64,000 nucleotides of DNA, taken from IMG/VR virus record IMGVR_UViG_3300032038_000073, positions 1,950 through 65,949 of that record; one strand, written 5' to 3'. Below, one piece after another: positions 9,803 to 17,543 of this stretch (position 1 is the first letter of the stretch; each line of letters opens with the position of its first letter). The stretch is from a virus. Lineage: Duplodnaviria; Caudoviricetes. Under the pieces are notes generated by a model that did not search any database, was not told where the DNA came from, and saw only the letters and a program-made list of their open reading frames with translations. A program made the position numbers and the translations under genes.

Positions 9803-10166
9803 AGTCGGAGATAAGATTTACTTTGGTCGAGAGATAAGCCATAAGCGCAAGACCAAAAACAAGGATGGCAAGAGACGAAAGCCTTATCCGTGGAGAGTTA
9901 AATGGGTAGGTCCTGACGGTAAGCAAAGGTTTGTCATCATTACTCAGCCGAGAAATAACCGGGACAGAGTTGCCTTCCTGATTATTGATCTCTTCTACCA
10001 GCAACGGACAAAGGACCCGGAAGAACTTTCAAAGTCTTTTGATACCGAGGAAGAATGGGAACGGCTGATGCAGGATATGTTAGTTGGTCGCAGAGTTTTC
10101 AGGACGTGGGTTGACATAGCAGATGTTGAGGGCCTTAATGATGGGCCGGACAGGGGGGACAAATGA
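9795..10166 (+). CDS. hypothetical protein
   Basis: Coupled ORF starting MVKVGDKIYF. Confidence 0.5.
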   Translation: MVKVGDKIYFGREISHKRKTKNKDGKRRKPYPWRVKWVGPDGKQRFVIITQPRNNRDRVAFLIIDLFYQQRTKDPEELSKSFDTEEEWERLMQDMLVGRRVFRTWVDIADVEGLNDGPDRGDK

Positions 10167-10363
10167 ACGTAATGTTTTATGTGTTCGCATTTCTTCTTGG
10201 CGGAGTAGTCGGATCATTTGTATCCAGGCGGATGACGGTTGATGCCTTGAAGATTGCGCTGAATGAGATTCTTGACTTCACCGATAACGATGAAGAAGAG
10301 GATGAAGAGGATAATGAAGAGGAAACTTTCGATGATGGCTTTACCGAAGAGGAGGAGTACTGA
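10163..10363 (+). CDS. small membrane protein with acidic tail
   Basis: N-term TM helix, E/D-rich tail. Confidence 0.55.
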   Translation: MNVMFYVFAFLLGGVVGSFVSRRMTVDALKIALNEILDFTDNDEEEDEEDNEEETFDDGFTEEEEY

Positions 10364-10710
10364 TGACCGCTGCCGAAGTAAGAGAAGTGCTTGAAGTGTT
10401 GGGCGAGAGCTTTGGCGCAACGGCTGACGGTTTGATCGCTGAGATTGTCAGGGCTTCAATCACCAGAGATGTTGTGTGGCTTGTGCTTGGTGCAGTTATC
10501 ATTTCCGCCATTGTTATCTTCACTGTGGTGTTTATCAAGAAGCATGGTTGCGAGTGCGTTTCCGTGTATGAGGGGACGGTTCTTATTGTCAGCGCAATAA
10601 CGTGTGCTTTCGCCGCAGGATGGATCGCTACCTTCATAGACCTGATACGTTGGCTCATATCGCCAAGGGGAGAAGCTATTCTGTTCGTCATTAACAATAT
10701 GGGAGGCTGA
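10363..10710 (+). CDS. membrane protein
   Basis: Two hydrophobic helices. Confidence 0.55.
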   Translation: MTAAEVREVLEVLGESFGATADGLIAEIVRASITRDVVWLVLGAVIISAIVIFTVVFIKKHGCECVSVYEGTVLIVSAITCAFAAGWIATFIDLIRWLISPRGEAILFVINNMGG

Positions 10711-10712
10711 AA

Positions 10713-11372
10713 ATGATTAAGGTTGAAGAAATCGAAGTTGCCGGTTTTGCACACGCTATCCGGGGAATGAGAAACCCGATGAACAGTTGGGATAAGAGCG
10801 ATTCTGGATGGGTCAAGGAAGTGCCGCTTCATGAAAATGAGGTCACGCTTACCTACTATAGCATTGGTCCTAACGATATGGACCTGATGCGGAGACTGTT
10901 CAAGGCCGGTACTGAGCATCGGAAATTCATGCGGATGATCGTTGTCTGGTGCGATATTACCGCTCCTTTATACTGGTGGAAGGAGTTTGACACCTACAGG
11001 ATGGGCGTAGAGAAAAACTCATGCTCAACGATGCACAAGATTCACGCAAAGGAATTTGAAATGGACGACTTCTCACATGAGAACCTTATCCAGGGTGATG
11101 GAACAGGAGTGCTGAGAGGTGTGGTCAATGCGTTGAATGCGTTCAGAGACAACTTCCTCAAGACCAAAGACAAGAAGTTCTGGTGGCAGTTAATTCAGCT
11201 TCTTCCTTCTTCCTACAATCAAAAAAGGACCGTCATGCTCAACTATGAAGTGGCGGTCAGTATGATGAAGCAGAGGAGGGGCCACAAACTTGACGAGTGG
11301 CGTGAGTTCGTGAAGATTCTTAATAACCTTCCTTACATGCGGGAGATTACAGAGGGGGCTTTCAATGACTGA
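10713..11372 (+). CDS. ThyX-like (thymidylate synthase complementing) protein
   Basis: EHRKFMRMI.V..DITAPLYWWKEFDTYR...NSCSTMHK; phage Thy1-like family. Confidence 0.6.
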   Translation: MIKVEEIEVAGFAHAIRGMRNPMNSWDKSDSGWVKEVPLHENEVTLTYYSIGPNDMDLMRRLFKAGTEHRKFMRMIVVWCDITAPLYWWKEFDTYRMGVEKNSCSTMHKIHAKEFEMDDFSHENLIQGDGTGVLRGVVNALNAFRDNFLKTKDKKFWWQLIQLLPSSYNQKRTVMLNYEVAVSMMKQRRGHKLDEWREFVKILNNLPYMREITEGAFND

Positions 11373-11625
11373 GCTTTTTGGCGAAACCACCGAGGACCTT
11401 TACGATCAGTTCCTAAACCTTGATGTTGCTACGACCGCTGCCTTTACGGTCACTGACGCAAACGGCAACACTGCGAGATATGTCAAAGTTCCTGACGAAC
11501 AGCCGTATTGTCACGATTGCGCCGAGTATGACAAAGAGAATCATTGCTGTCATAGATTCAGTACGGTTATCCAGGATGCGATTGAGGAATGGAGGAGAGA
11601 GCGTGAAGAAGTCAAAACCGATTGA
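11365..11625 (+). CDS. hypothetical protein
   Basis: YCHDCAEY...CCHR. Confidence 0.5.
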   Translation: MTELFGETTEDLYDQFLNLDVATTAAFTVTDANGNTARYVKVPDEQPYCHDCAEYDKENHCCHRFSTVIQDAIEEWRREREEVKTD

Positions 11626-11797
11626 GGCAGAGCTGGTTGAACTTTACTGTGATGAATGCGGCGGACAGATGATGCCTACAGGAATTGTTATCTCCACATA
11701 TCCGCCCAGGTATGAGCATCAGTGCGCCAAGTGCGGTAAGCAGGAAATGAGACGGCATGAATATCCAAGGATTATCTGGAAGGAAAAGGAAGAATGA
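11603..11797 (+). CDS. zinc-ribbon protein
   Basis: YCDECGGQM...HQCAKCG; GGAGG RBS plus GTG. Confidence 0.55.
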   Translation: MKKSKPIEAELVELYCDECGGQMMPTGIVISTYPPRYEHQCAKCGKQEMRRHEYPRIIWKEKEE

Positions 11798-11988
11798 AGA
11801 AGGACACAAGGTACATCTGCGAATACTGTGGAACTGCTTTTGAAACAGAAAGCGAGTGCGCTGAGTGCGAAGGAAAACACGTTGTTCCAAAGAACATTAA
11901 GGTCATGTTCAATAAGGGTTCAAGCTACGCACACCACATCGTTGTCCTTTACGAAGATGGAACGAAAGACGATTTCGTCTGTGTATGA
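11794..11988 (+). CDS. small C2H2-like zinc-finger protein (paralogue 1)
   Basis: YICEYCGTAFETESECAECEGKH. Confidence 0.6.
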   Translation: MKKDTRYICEYCGTAFETESECAECEGKHVVPKNIKVMFNKGSSYAHHIVVLYEDGTKDDFVCV

Positions 11989-12000
11989 CAGGAGGCCCTT

Positions 12001-12204
12001 ATGACTGAGATCAAAACTTATAAGTATGATATATGCGGCTCGATATTTGACGATGAGGCAAGTTGCAGAAAGTGCGAGAAGAATCACATAAAAAGCGTTA
12101 CGAATATTGTACTCAAGTTCAACGAGAGGCAAAAAGTCCCATATGTTGTGCATCTTGAGTTTGACAACGGATTTGAGGCCGATTACGAAAGAAAGAATTA
12201 CTGA
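12001..12204 (+). CDS. small C2H2-like zinc-finger protein (paralogue 2)
   Basis: YKYDICGSIFDDEASCRKCEKNH. Confidence 0.6.
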   Translation: MTEIKTYKYDICGSIFDDEASCRKCEKNHIKSVTNIVLKFNERQKVPYVVHLEFDNGFEADYERKNY

Positions 12205-12216
12205 GGAGGGGCTTAA

Positions 12217-12681
12217 ATGAAGAAGATATTTGCATCTATTATTACTGCTGTGGCGATTGCCGTTATCGTTCTTAGCTTGACTGGTTGCTCTGAGGCTGAG
12301 CGGGTTTCATACAACGTCAGTAAGGAGGCTGACAACTTCAACGTAACCCGGAGACTGACAGTTATCAACTCTCGCTCAGATAAGTGCGTCCTACAGATGA
12401 CCGGCAAAATGTCCATTGAGGATGTAACTGACGGCATAGCTGTCCTGGTAGAACTTGACCGGGAGAAGGGTATCTATCAGAAGCACTACATCTATTTGAA
12501 TGAGTGGACGATGTATACCGTTGAAGATGTTTCTGGCGTGGGCGTATCAAAGTATGCTTATGAGTTGGAGTTCATGCCTCAGACGTTAGTACCGGTTCGC
12601 CTGACTGCCAATGAGATCAAACAGGACTTGGACGAATTTGCGAAGGACATAGTTGAAGAGACAGGAGACGAGGAGGACTGA
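12217..12681 (+). CDS. phage lipoprotein
   Basis: Signal peptide with lipobox LTGC; SEAERVSYNVSKEADNFNVTRRLTVIN. Confidence 0.75.
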   Translation: MKKIFASIITAVAIAVIVLSLTGCSEAERVSYNVSKEADNFNVTRRLTVINSRSDKCVLQMTGKMSIEDVTDGIAVLVELDREKGIYQKHYIYLNEWTMYTVEDVSGVGVSKYAYELEFMPQTLVPVRLTANEIKQDLDEFAKDIVEETGDEED

Positions 12682-12975
12682 ATGACACTTGGCGATGCTA
12701 TAAAGAACGTGAATCCACAGGGGCCTCTGCTGATTTACTGTCGAACAGTCGTTGAGGTGGATATTATGCCGAATGGTGGCACAGAAGAACTTGACATGTT
12801 CACAGGAATTTGTCGGTATGAAATTAATGGCACACTCCTCTCACTGGACGGAGACATTTACAACCTTGACGATGAAATTTGCAGGTACGAAGAGGAAACA
12901 TCGGACAATGGCGAGAAGGCTCTGACAATTTGGTATGAATCAGAGTGGATAAAGAACTCAGGAGGGGCTGAATGA
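12682..12975 (+). CDS. hypothetical acidic protein
   Basis: 97-aa coupled ORF. Confidence 0.55.
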   Translation: MTLGDAIKNVNPQGPLLIYCRTVVEVDIMPNGGTEELDMFTGICRYEINGTLLSLDGDIYNLDDEICRYEEETSDNGEKALTIWYESEWIKNSGGAE

Positions 12976-13175
12976 AAGCAGTGCAAAGATGGATGTGCGA
13001 TTATTGCCATTCAATCTACGAAAACGAAGAAGATTGCCGGGACTGCGAATCTCAGCACACTGGCGTTGCAGTAACGGAACCCGAATATGGACCGGGTGAC
13101 ACATATCCACGTGCAATTAACGTTAGGTTCAAGGATGGTTCCGTGGGTAGATATATCGAAGAAAACTATATCTGA
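12972..13175 (+). CDS. small C2H2-like zinc-finger protein (paralogue 3)
   Basis: WMCDYCHSIYENEEDCRDCESQH. Confidence 0.6.
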   Translation: MKAVQRWMCDYCHSIYENEEDCRDCESQHTGVAVTEPEYGPGDTYPRAINVRFKDGSVGRYIEENYI

Positions 13176-13179
13176 ACAT

Positions 13180-13214
13180 AAAAAGAGCGGTAGCTTTCGG
13201 GCTATCGCTTTTTC
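13180..13214. terminator. bidirectional rho-independent terminator
   Basis: AAAAAGAGCGGTAGC-TTTCGG-GCTATCGCTTTTTC between convergent operons. Confidence 0.85.
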
Positions 13215-13231
13215 TTTGGGACAGGGGTATC

Positions 13232-13645
13232 TTAAATCCCGGCTTTTTCTGCCTTGAATTTCGCCCATCTGTCTTGTGCGATTTTCAACGCCTTGTCTTC
13301 GCTCTCAGCAACAACATTGGTAACATACAGGGGTATCTTCTTGCCTTTCGGCATAAGTTTCTTTGTCCATTCAAAACCACGCCAGTGAGGTTGCGCCTCC
13401 GTGTAGCGAGACTGATAGTAATAGAAATCGCCTGTTCGTTTGTGAACGTAGAACTTTCCGCCAATGCAAGCTACGGTATAACCTGTCAGGGAGTTGTGCT
13501 TCTCCTCATTAGCCTCGTATGTTTCGATGCACACATCATTGTCTTTCTGCGCTTCGATGTAGGCCAGTGCCATACTTTCATCCGTAAATACCCTCTCGAT
13601 GTGGTAATCAGAATATGTACCGGCTGTTACAACGTAGACTTTTAC
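13232..13645 (-). CDS. hypothetical protein (start uncertain)
   Basis: Frame open upstream of the ATG at 13573 (KVYVVTAGTYSDYHIERVF) as far as a GTA codon. Confidence 0.55.
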   Translation of the reverse strand, partial: VKVYVVTAGTYSDYHIERVFTDESMALAYIEAQKDNDVCIETYEANEEKHNSLTGYTVACIGGKFYVHKRTGDFYYYQSRYTEAQPHWRGFEWTKKLMPKGKKIPLYVTNVVAESEDKALKIAQDRWAKFKAEKAGI

Positions 13646-13935
13646 TTCTCATCCCTCCAATCCGTAACTTCTCTGCTCTGGATTCGGAATCCCCATTGGT
13701 AGCACTTATATCTGTTGCCATTGTAGGCAAGCGGTCGGCAGAAGCGTCTTACAAGTCTCAACTGCTTCTTCGCTTCATCCATCGAGGCCAATCTGCACCA
13801 GTTCAATTCGATTCCCATTGGGGTTGTAGGCGTCGGATTGTGATTGTCTTCGATTTCTGCGTATTTGAGTTTGTCGGCATGACTGCTAAACTTCCACACC
13901 TTCGCCCAATAGCAGACGATTCGATACTCTGTCAC
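13642..13935 (-). CDS. hypothetical protein
   Basis: 97-aa ORF in the minus-strand early operon. Confidence 0.55.
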   Translation of the reverse strand: MTEYRIVCYWAKVWKFSSHADKLKYAEIEDNHNPTPTTPMGIELNWCRLASMDEAKKQLRLVRRFCRPLAYNGNRYKCYQWGFRIQSREVTDWRDEK

Positions 13936-14178
13936 TCAAAACCCTCCTTCCTCGGACCAGTCCTTATCTTCCGGGCTGACCCATGTATAGTTGTTGACCG
14001 CATCTTCGAGACAGGTCGGATAATCAGACAGGGGAGACGCAAGGATAAGCACTTCCTGATTCTCTTCGCCCATATTCCTGACCAGGATGGCGGTATCCAT
14101 GACCTGATTAACGAAATGGACAAGGGTCAGATTTCCACTACGATCCAATACTTCATGGTTTTCAATCATATCAAACAT
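13936..14178 (-). CDS. small acidic protein
   Basis: 80 aa, AGGAG RBS. Confidence 0.6.
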   Translation of the reverse strand: MFDMIENHEVLDRSGNLTLVHFVNQVMDTAILVRNMGEENQEVLILASPLSDYPTCLEDAVNNYTWVSPEDKDWSEEGGF

Positions 14179-14179
14179 T

Positions 14180-14377
14180 TCAAACTCCTTTCAAATCTTT
14201 TATCAGCCGGTCAGTTTCTTCGCTTGTCAATACACCGGCATCTGTTAAGCCGAGAAGGTATCCCACAAGTGCGAAACGTGCGCTTTGCACAAGTTCGGGA
14301 TTATCGCTGAAAAGCATTTCCCGGAAATAGCGGATTGCCTGTCGGCTTTTGTCGGGCAACTTGGTAATTTCTGGCAC
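14180..14377 (-). CDS. small hypothetical protein
   Basis: GAAAGGAGG RBS plus GTG at 14377. Confidence 0.5.
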   Translation of the reverse strand: MPEITKLPDKSRQAIRYFREMLFSDNPELVQSARFALVGYLLGLTDAGVLTSEETDRLIKDLKGV

Positions 14378-14452
14378 CGGGGACCTCCTTTCTGGCAAAA
14401 AAGTGGCAAAACACTGGCAAAACACTGGCATTTACTCAAGGCTACGCAAGGA

Positions 14453-14704
14453 TTACTCAAGACCGTAGTAGTCTTTCAGGCTCCCAATAGCCATATCGTA
14501 AGTCCTGGCGTTGGCAAGTCTCCGGGCAGTCATAAATGTCTTACTGTCCAGGAACGCTCTGAGGAACGCTACACTGGCTCTTCCAGTCTCAACGTACCAG
14601 ACAAGGGGAGCAACGATTACATCCGCTCTATCGCATCCGTACCGCTCCATGAGGTACTTGCGGACCTGCCATACCTTGTTGTCAATGGATGTTCTGCTTA
14701 CCAT
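14453..14704 (-). CDS. small hypothetical protein
   Basis: GGAGG RBS plus ATG; LVWYVETGRAS. Confidence 0.55.
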   Translation of the reverse strand: MVSRTSIDNKVWQVRKYLMERYGCDRADVIVAPLVWYVETGRASVAFLRAFLDSKTFMTARRLANARTYDMAIGSLKDYYGLE

Positions 14705-14731
14705 GCCTTCCTCCAATCTGCCACCGGGGGC

Positions 14732-14959
14732 TTAGTTCTCGTCAGGTTCCTGCGGAATTGTCTGTCCTCCGCTGGCTATGTACTGCGTGACCGCCTCCGT
14801 CACGAACTTCGTAAGGCTCATGTCCTTCTTCTTGGCTTCGGCCTTCCATTCGGCCTTAATGCCTTTTGACAGCATGAGCGTCAGCTTTTCGTAGTTTTTA
14901 TCATTGTACTCCCGGACTTTCTGCATGTATTCGGGAGTGATTTTTCTTTTTGTTGGCAT
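14732..14959 (-). CDS. ribbon-helix-helix regulator (Aca-like)
   Basis: YNDKNYEKLTLMLSKGIKAEWKAEAKKKDMSLTKFVTEAV. Confidence 0.75.
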   Translation of the reverse strand: MPTKRKITPEYMQKVREYNDKNYEKLTLMLSKGIKAEWKAEAKKKDMSLTKFVTEAVTQYIASGGQTIPQEPDEN

Positions 14960-15024
14960 TTTCACACCTCCTTCTTATCGTCCGTATTCCATCTTTTTCG
15001 TGAGGCCAGGGAAATGTTCTGGCT

Positions 15025-15255
15025 TTAGTCCTCTTCCAGTTCGGCAGGGGTATCTACTTCCCGGAAATTGAACTCGCTGACCAGAAGTTCCTCAAAGTCA
15101 GGATCAAGTTCAAGATACCGGGCAATGAACTCGTCATTCGTGCAAGGGGCCAGTTCTGCGTGAACCGTTTCTCAAATATCATCGTCCATGTAGGTTGCGA
15201 TTGCATCCATGATGTTGTTGCTGTTGTTGAGGGCCTTTCCGTGTACTGTAAACAT
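15025..15255 (-). pseudogene. AcrIC5-like small acidic gene with in-frame TGA
   Basis: Manual translation MFTVHGKALNNSNNIMDAIATYMDDDI*ETVHAELAPCTNDEFIARYLELDPDFEELLVSEF...; AAAGGAG RBS; TGA at 15172-15174. Confidence 0.6.
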
Positions 15256-15314
15256 TTGCTTTCTCCTTTCATGCCCTCGTTACCTCCGGGGCGGGCTGTT
15301 CTTTAACTGTCTTC

Positions 15315-15343
15315 ATTGTAGCAAACAATCACGGCATTGTCAA
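15315..15343 (-). promoter_or_regulatory. sigma-A promoter
   Basis: TTGACA-17 bp-TACAAT. Confidence 0.85.
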
Positions 15344-15521
15344 GACATAAATTACGTGATTATCAAATTTCTTTTGCGTCCCTGTAGTGGCGTAGGAGCG
15401 GCTTTATCTTTTAGCCTACCAACTATGCCACCGGGGACTTCAAACTGGATTGCATGGCTTCTCAGAGAGCCACAGGGGGCTTTTAGCTTTAAGCTAACTA
15501 TCTGAAATTGGCACGAGGGGC

Positions 15522-15848
15522 TTAGCTGTAAAAATCTCTTACCATGTCCAGGAGCCGGGCTTTCTCAGCGTCCGAAAGACTGTATTTGACCGCTGCCTCA
15601 TTGATATAGTTAACTGCTTCATCCGCATCCAAGAACGTGACCACATCGTTTTCCGCCAGTTCGTGAATGGGAGCCAATGATCCATTGTTGCGGACCATGC
15701 AGGCGTTCATGTAGCTATCAAAATCCGGGTATCTTGCGTAGTCCTCCGGGCTTTCGGCTTTGAACTGCTCATAGTCGGCTCTTAACTGATCCAGGGAAAC
15801 GGCTTCGCCTGCGTTCGTGTCGTAGTACCAGTTATTCCATTTTGCCAT
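15522..15848 (-). CDS. small acidic hypothetical protein
   Basis: 108 aa, AAAGGAG RBS. Confidence 0.6.
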   Translation of the reverse strand: MAKWNNWYYDTNAGEAVSLDQLRADYEQFKAESPEDYARYPDFDSYMNACMVRNNGSLAPIHELAENDVVTFLDADEAVNYINEAAVKYSLSDAEKARLLDMVRDFYS

Positions 15849-15902
15849 AGTGATCTCCTTTCTAAAAATGGCACGAGGGGCTTCAAATTTGGCACCGGGG
15901 GC

Positions 15903-16367
15903 TTAATCTTCCTCAGTTGCCAGGAGGGTCTTTTTGTCAACCCGATAGAACTTGCTATATCCGGCCACTCTGTAATAGTCGCCCATATCCAGGACTTCGG
16001 GCCTCTTTGCCAGGGGGGACTTAGCTTTCTGCGTGAAGACCACATACTCCACATATTCACCAGACGGATAACTTACATTCAGCGTTTCGCCGGTGCAGGC
16101 GTATCCGGGATTCATCTGCTCAAAGCCCTCACGGAATCTTTCATCAAGTTCTCCCACCTCATAGACAGGGAAGGCCGGAACCAGTTCATAATTATCGACT
16201 TCCTTTTGAGCCAGGGGGGACTTATACTCGACCCATGCCCAGGCTTTACGGTTGATTTCAGGGACGAAAACTCTGCCGTGATCGGAAATATCTTCCCAAT
16301 CAGTAGGCTTGCCGGGGAATGTTCCGGGCATAAAGGGACGTTGGGTTAAGTAGTAGCGATATGACAT
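15903..16367 (-). CDS. DarA C-terminal-like domain protein (anti-restriction)
   Basis: YRYYLTQRPFMPGTFP...AWAWVEYKSPLAQKEVDNYELVP. Confidence 0.65.
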   Translation of the reverse strand: MSYRYYLTQRPFMPGTFPGKPTDWEDISDHGRVFVPEINRKAWAWVEYKSPLAQKEVDNYELVPAFPVYEVGELDERFREGFEQMNPGYACTGETLNVSYPSGEYVEYVVFTQKAKSPLAKRPEVLDMGDYYRVAGYSKFYRVDKKTLLATEED

Positions 16368-16426
16368 AATTTTTCTCCTTTCAAAATGGCACAGGGGACT
16401 TGTTTTTGAAAAATGCCAGGGGGGAC

Positions 16427-16612
16427 TTAAATCTCAGCGAAAGAATTCATTTCACTGGCGATGTTTTCCGGGGTATCGGCGTATTTCTGCATCCATGTGG
16501 CGAAGTGCATGGCAAGATAACTCTCAAGGTTTTCAAGGTTGTCGGGATTGGTGGCAAACGCCTTGATTGCGTTGCAGAACGTCTTTGCTTCTTCTTCATA
16601 CGGTCTTTCCAT
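16427..16612 (-). CDS. small hypothetical protein
   Basis: NPDNLENLESYLAMHFATWMQKYADTPE; AAGGAG RBS. Confidence 0.6.
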   Translation of the reverse strand: MERPYEEEAKTFCNAIKAFATNPDNLENLESYLAMHFATWMQKYADTPENIASEMNSFAEI

Positions 16613-16695
16613 TGTATTCTCCTTTTCTGCCACGGTGGGCTTAGTTGATTGTTTTCAGTTTCGATTATGCCAGGGGGGACTCAAACCCTCCGAGA

Positions 16696-16761
16696 ATGCC
16701 GTATAGGGCTCGAACCTATCACAAGGGGCTTCCGCCTTTGCTCTCCCACTGAGAACGGCAC
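16696..16761 (-). ncRNA. degenerate tRNA-like cloverleaf (GAA at anticodon position)
   Basis: GTGCCGT/ACGGCAT acceptor, CTC/GAG D stem, AAAGG-CGGAAGC-CCCTT, ATAGG-TTCGAGC-CCTAT T arm. Confidence 0.6.
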
Positions 16762-16767
16762 TTTTGA

Positions 16768-17064
16768 TTAAAAGCGTATGGCCGGGAGTATGGGCGGGAG
16801 GGTGACTGTATAGACGGTTGTCTCGCCGTTTTTGCCGAATGATCCGGGCATGTCTGCGAATGCGTTGGCGATACTGTCTGCATAGCTTCTCAACCTGTAG
16901 GGCTCATCTACTTTCAGTAGAAAACCCTTTTCTTCATCCGGACGGTCTACTGCCGTACTTCTGCGGTATTTCTTGATGTTCAGATACACAAGGCCGTCTT
17001 TGTACCAGTCTACTGCCTCCGCATGGCATCCGTGCGCCCATGTATCGAAATAGGTTCTTGCCAT
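16768..17064 (-). CDS. hypothetical protein
   Basis: 98 aa, AGGAGGG RBS. Confidence 0.55.
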   Translation of the reverse strand: MARTYFDTWAHGCHAEAVDWYKDGLVYLNIKKYRRSTAVDRPDEEKGFLLKVDEPYRLRSYADSIANAFADMPGSFGKNGETTVYTVTLPPILPAIRF

Positions 17065-17079
17065 AGTTTCATCCCTCCT

Positions 17080-17301
17080 TTACTCAAATACCAAGTTAAC
17101 CAGGTTTACAAGCGTGTCATAGATAGGGGCCTCTACCATTTCTCGCAGGTCCTCCATTACTTTCGCTTTGTTCGTTTCAAGTGCTTTCAGCGTGTACTCC
17201 TCCGGGCTTTCGGGGGAGATAATGCTTTCGAAGTCTCTATAGCCAAAAGGATCGCCCACCTCATAAAAGGTATTGACCAGGTTTGCAATTGCTCTTTTCA
17301 T
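17080..17301 (-). CDS. small acidic protein
   Basis: 73 aa, AGGAGG RBS. Confidence 0.55.
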   Translation of the reverse strand: MKRAIANLVNTFYEVGDPFGYRDFESIISPESPEEYTLKALETNKAKVMEDLREMVEAPIYDTLVNLVNLVFE

Positions 17302-17438
17302 CTGCCGGTCCTCCTTTCCAGGTCCTTGACGATGTTTTCAGCGTGTTCCTTTGTCGGGCTTGCTGCTGTCCAGACTTGGCCGTCTACCATGACCGCCCAA
17401 AAACCAGACGGACACTGAATGACCGTAATTTTTGACAT
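17298..17438 (-). CDS. small protein not in the ORF track
   Basis: TAAGGAG RBS; MSKITVIQCPSGFWAVMVDGQVWTAASPTKEHAENIVKDLERRTGR; ATGA overlap with next gene. Confidence 0.6.
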   Translation of the reverse strand: MSKITVIQCPSGFWAVMVDGQVWTAASPTKEHAENIVKDLERRTGR

Positions 17439-17475
17439 ATGTACTCCTTATTGTGCATGGGTTAATTGTTACGGA

Positions 17476-17535
17476 TAGACCATGGGCGGATTCGGACCGC
17501 CTTTTTCCGGGTCCCCTTTGTTGGGGCATGGCCTA
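17476..17535 (-). ncRNA. tRNA top-half-like element
   Basis: 9-bp TAGGCCATG/CATGGTCTA stem, CCCC/GGGG hairpin, GGCGG-TCCGAAT-CCGCC. Confidence 0.5.
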
Positions 17536-17543
17536 GGGATAAC

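Larger units (their letters stand above)
14372..16682 (+). repeat. 14 same-orientation copies of a 15-bp motif, consensus WGSCASNRKGGDCTT (two copies differ near the 3' end)
   Basis: Copies at 14372, 14719, 15426, 15468, 15509, 15869, 15890, 15918, 16008, 16209, 16387, 16414, 16628, 16668. Confidence 0.9.

Noticed and set aside
15172-15174. Stop-codon reassignment (TGA read as an amino acid)
   Set aside because: TGA is used as a normal stop throughout and long genes are intact under code 11.
14372-16682. 15-bp motif cluster as a CRISPR array
   Set aside because: Too short, irregular spacing, copies inside genes, no cas genes.
16790-16830. Partial match of array unit 6 (reverse complement) to TAT ACA GTC ACC CTC in the 16768 gene
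   Set aside because: Only 5 of 12 dinucleotides match; a 10-nt hit is not unlikely by chance in 128 kb of two-strand sequence.
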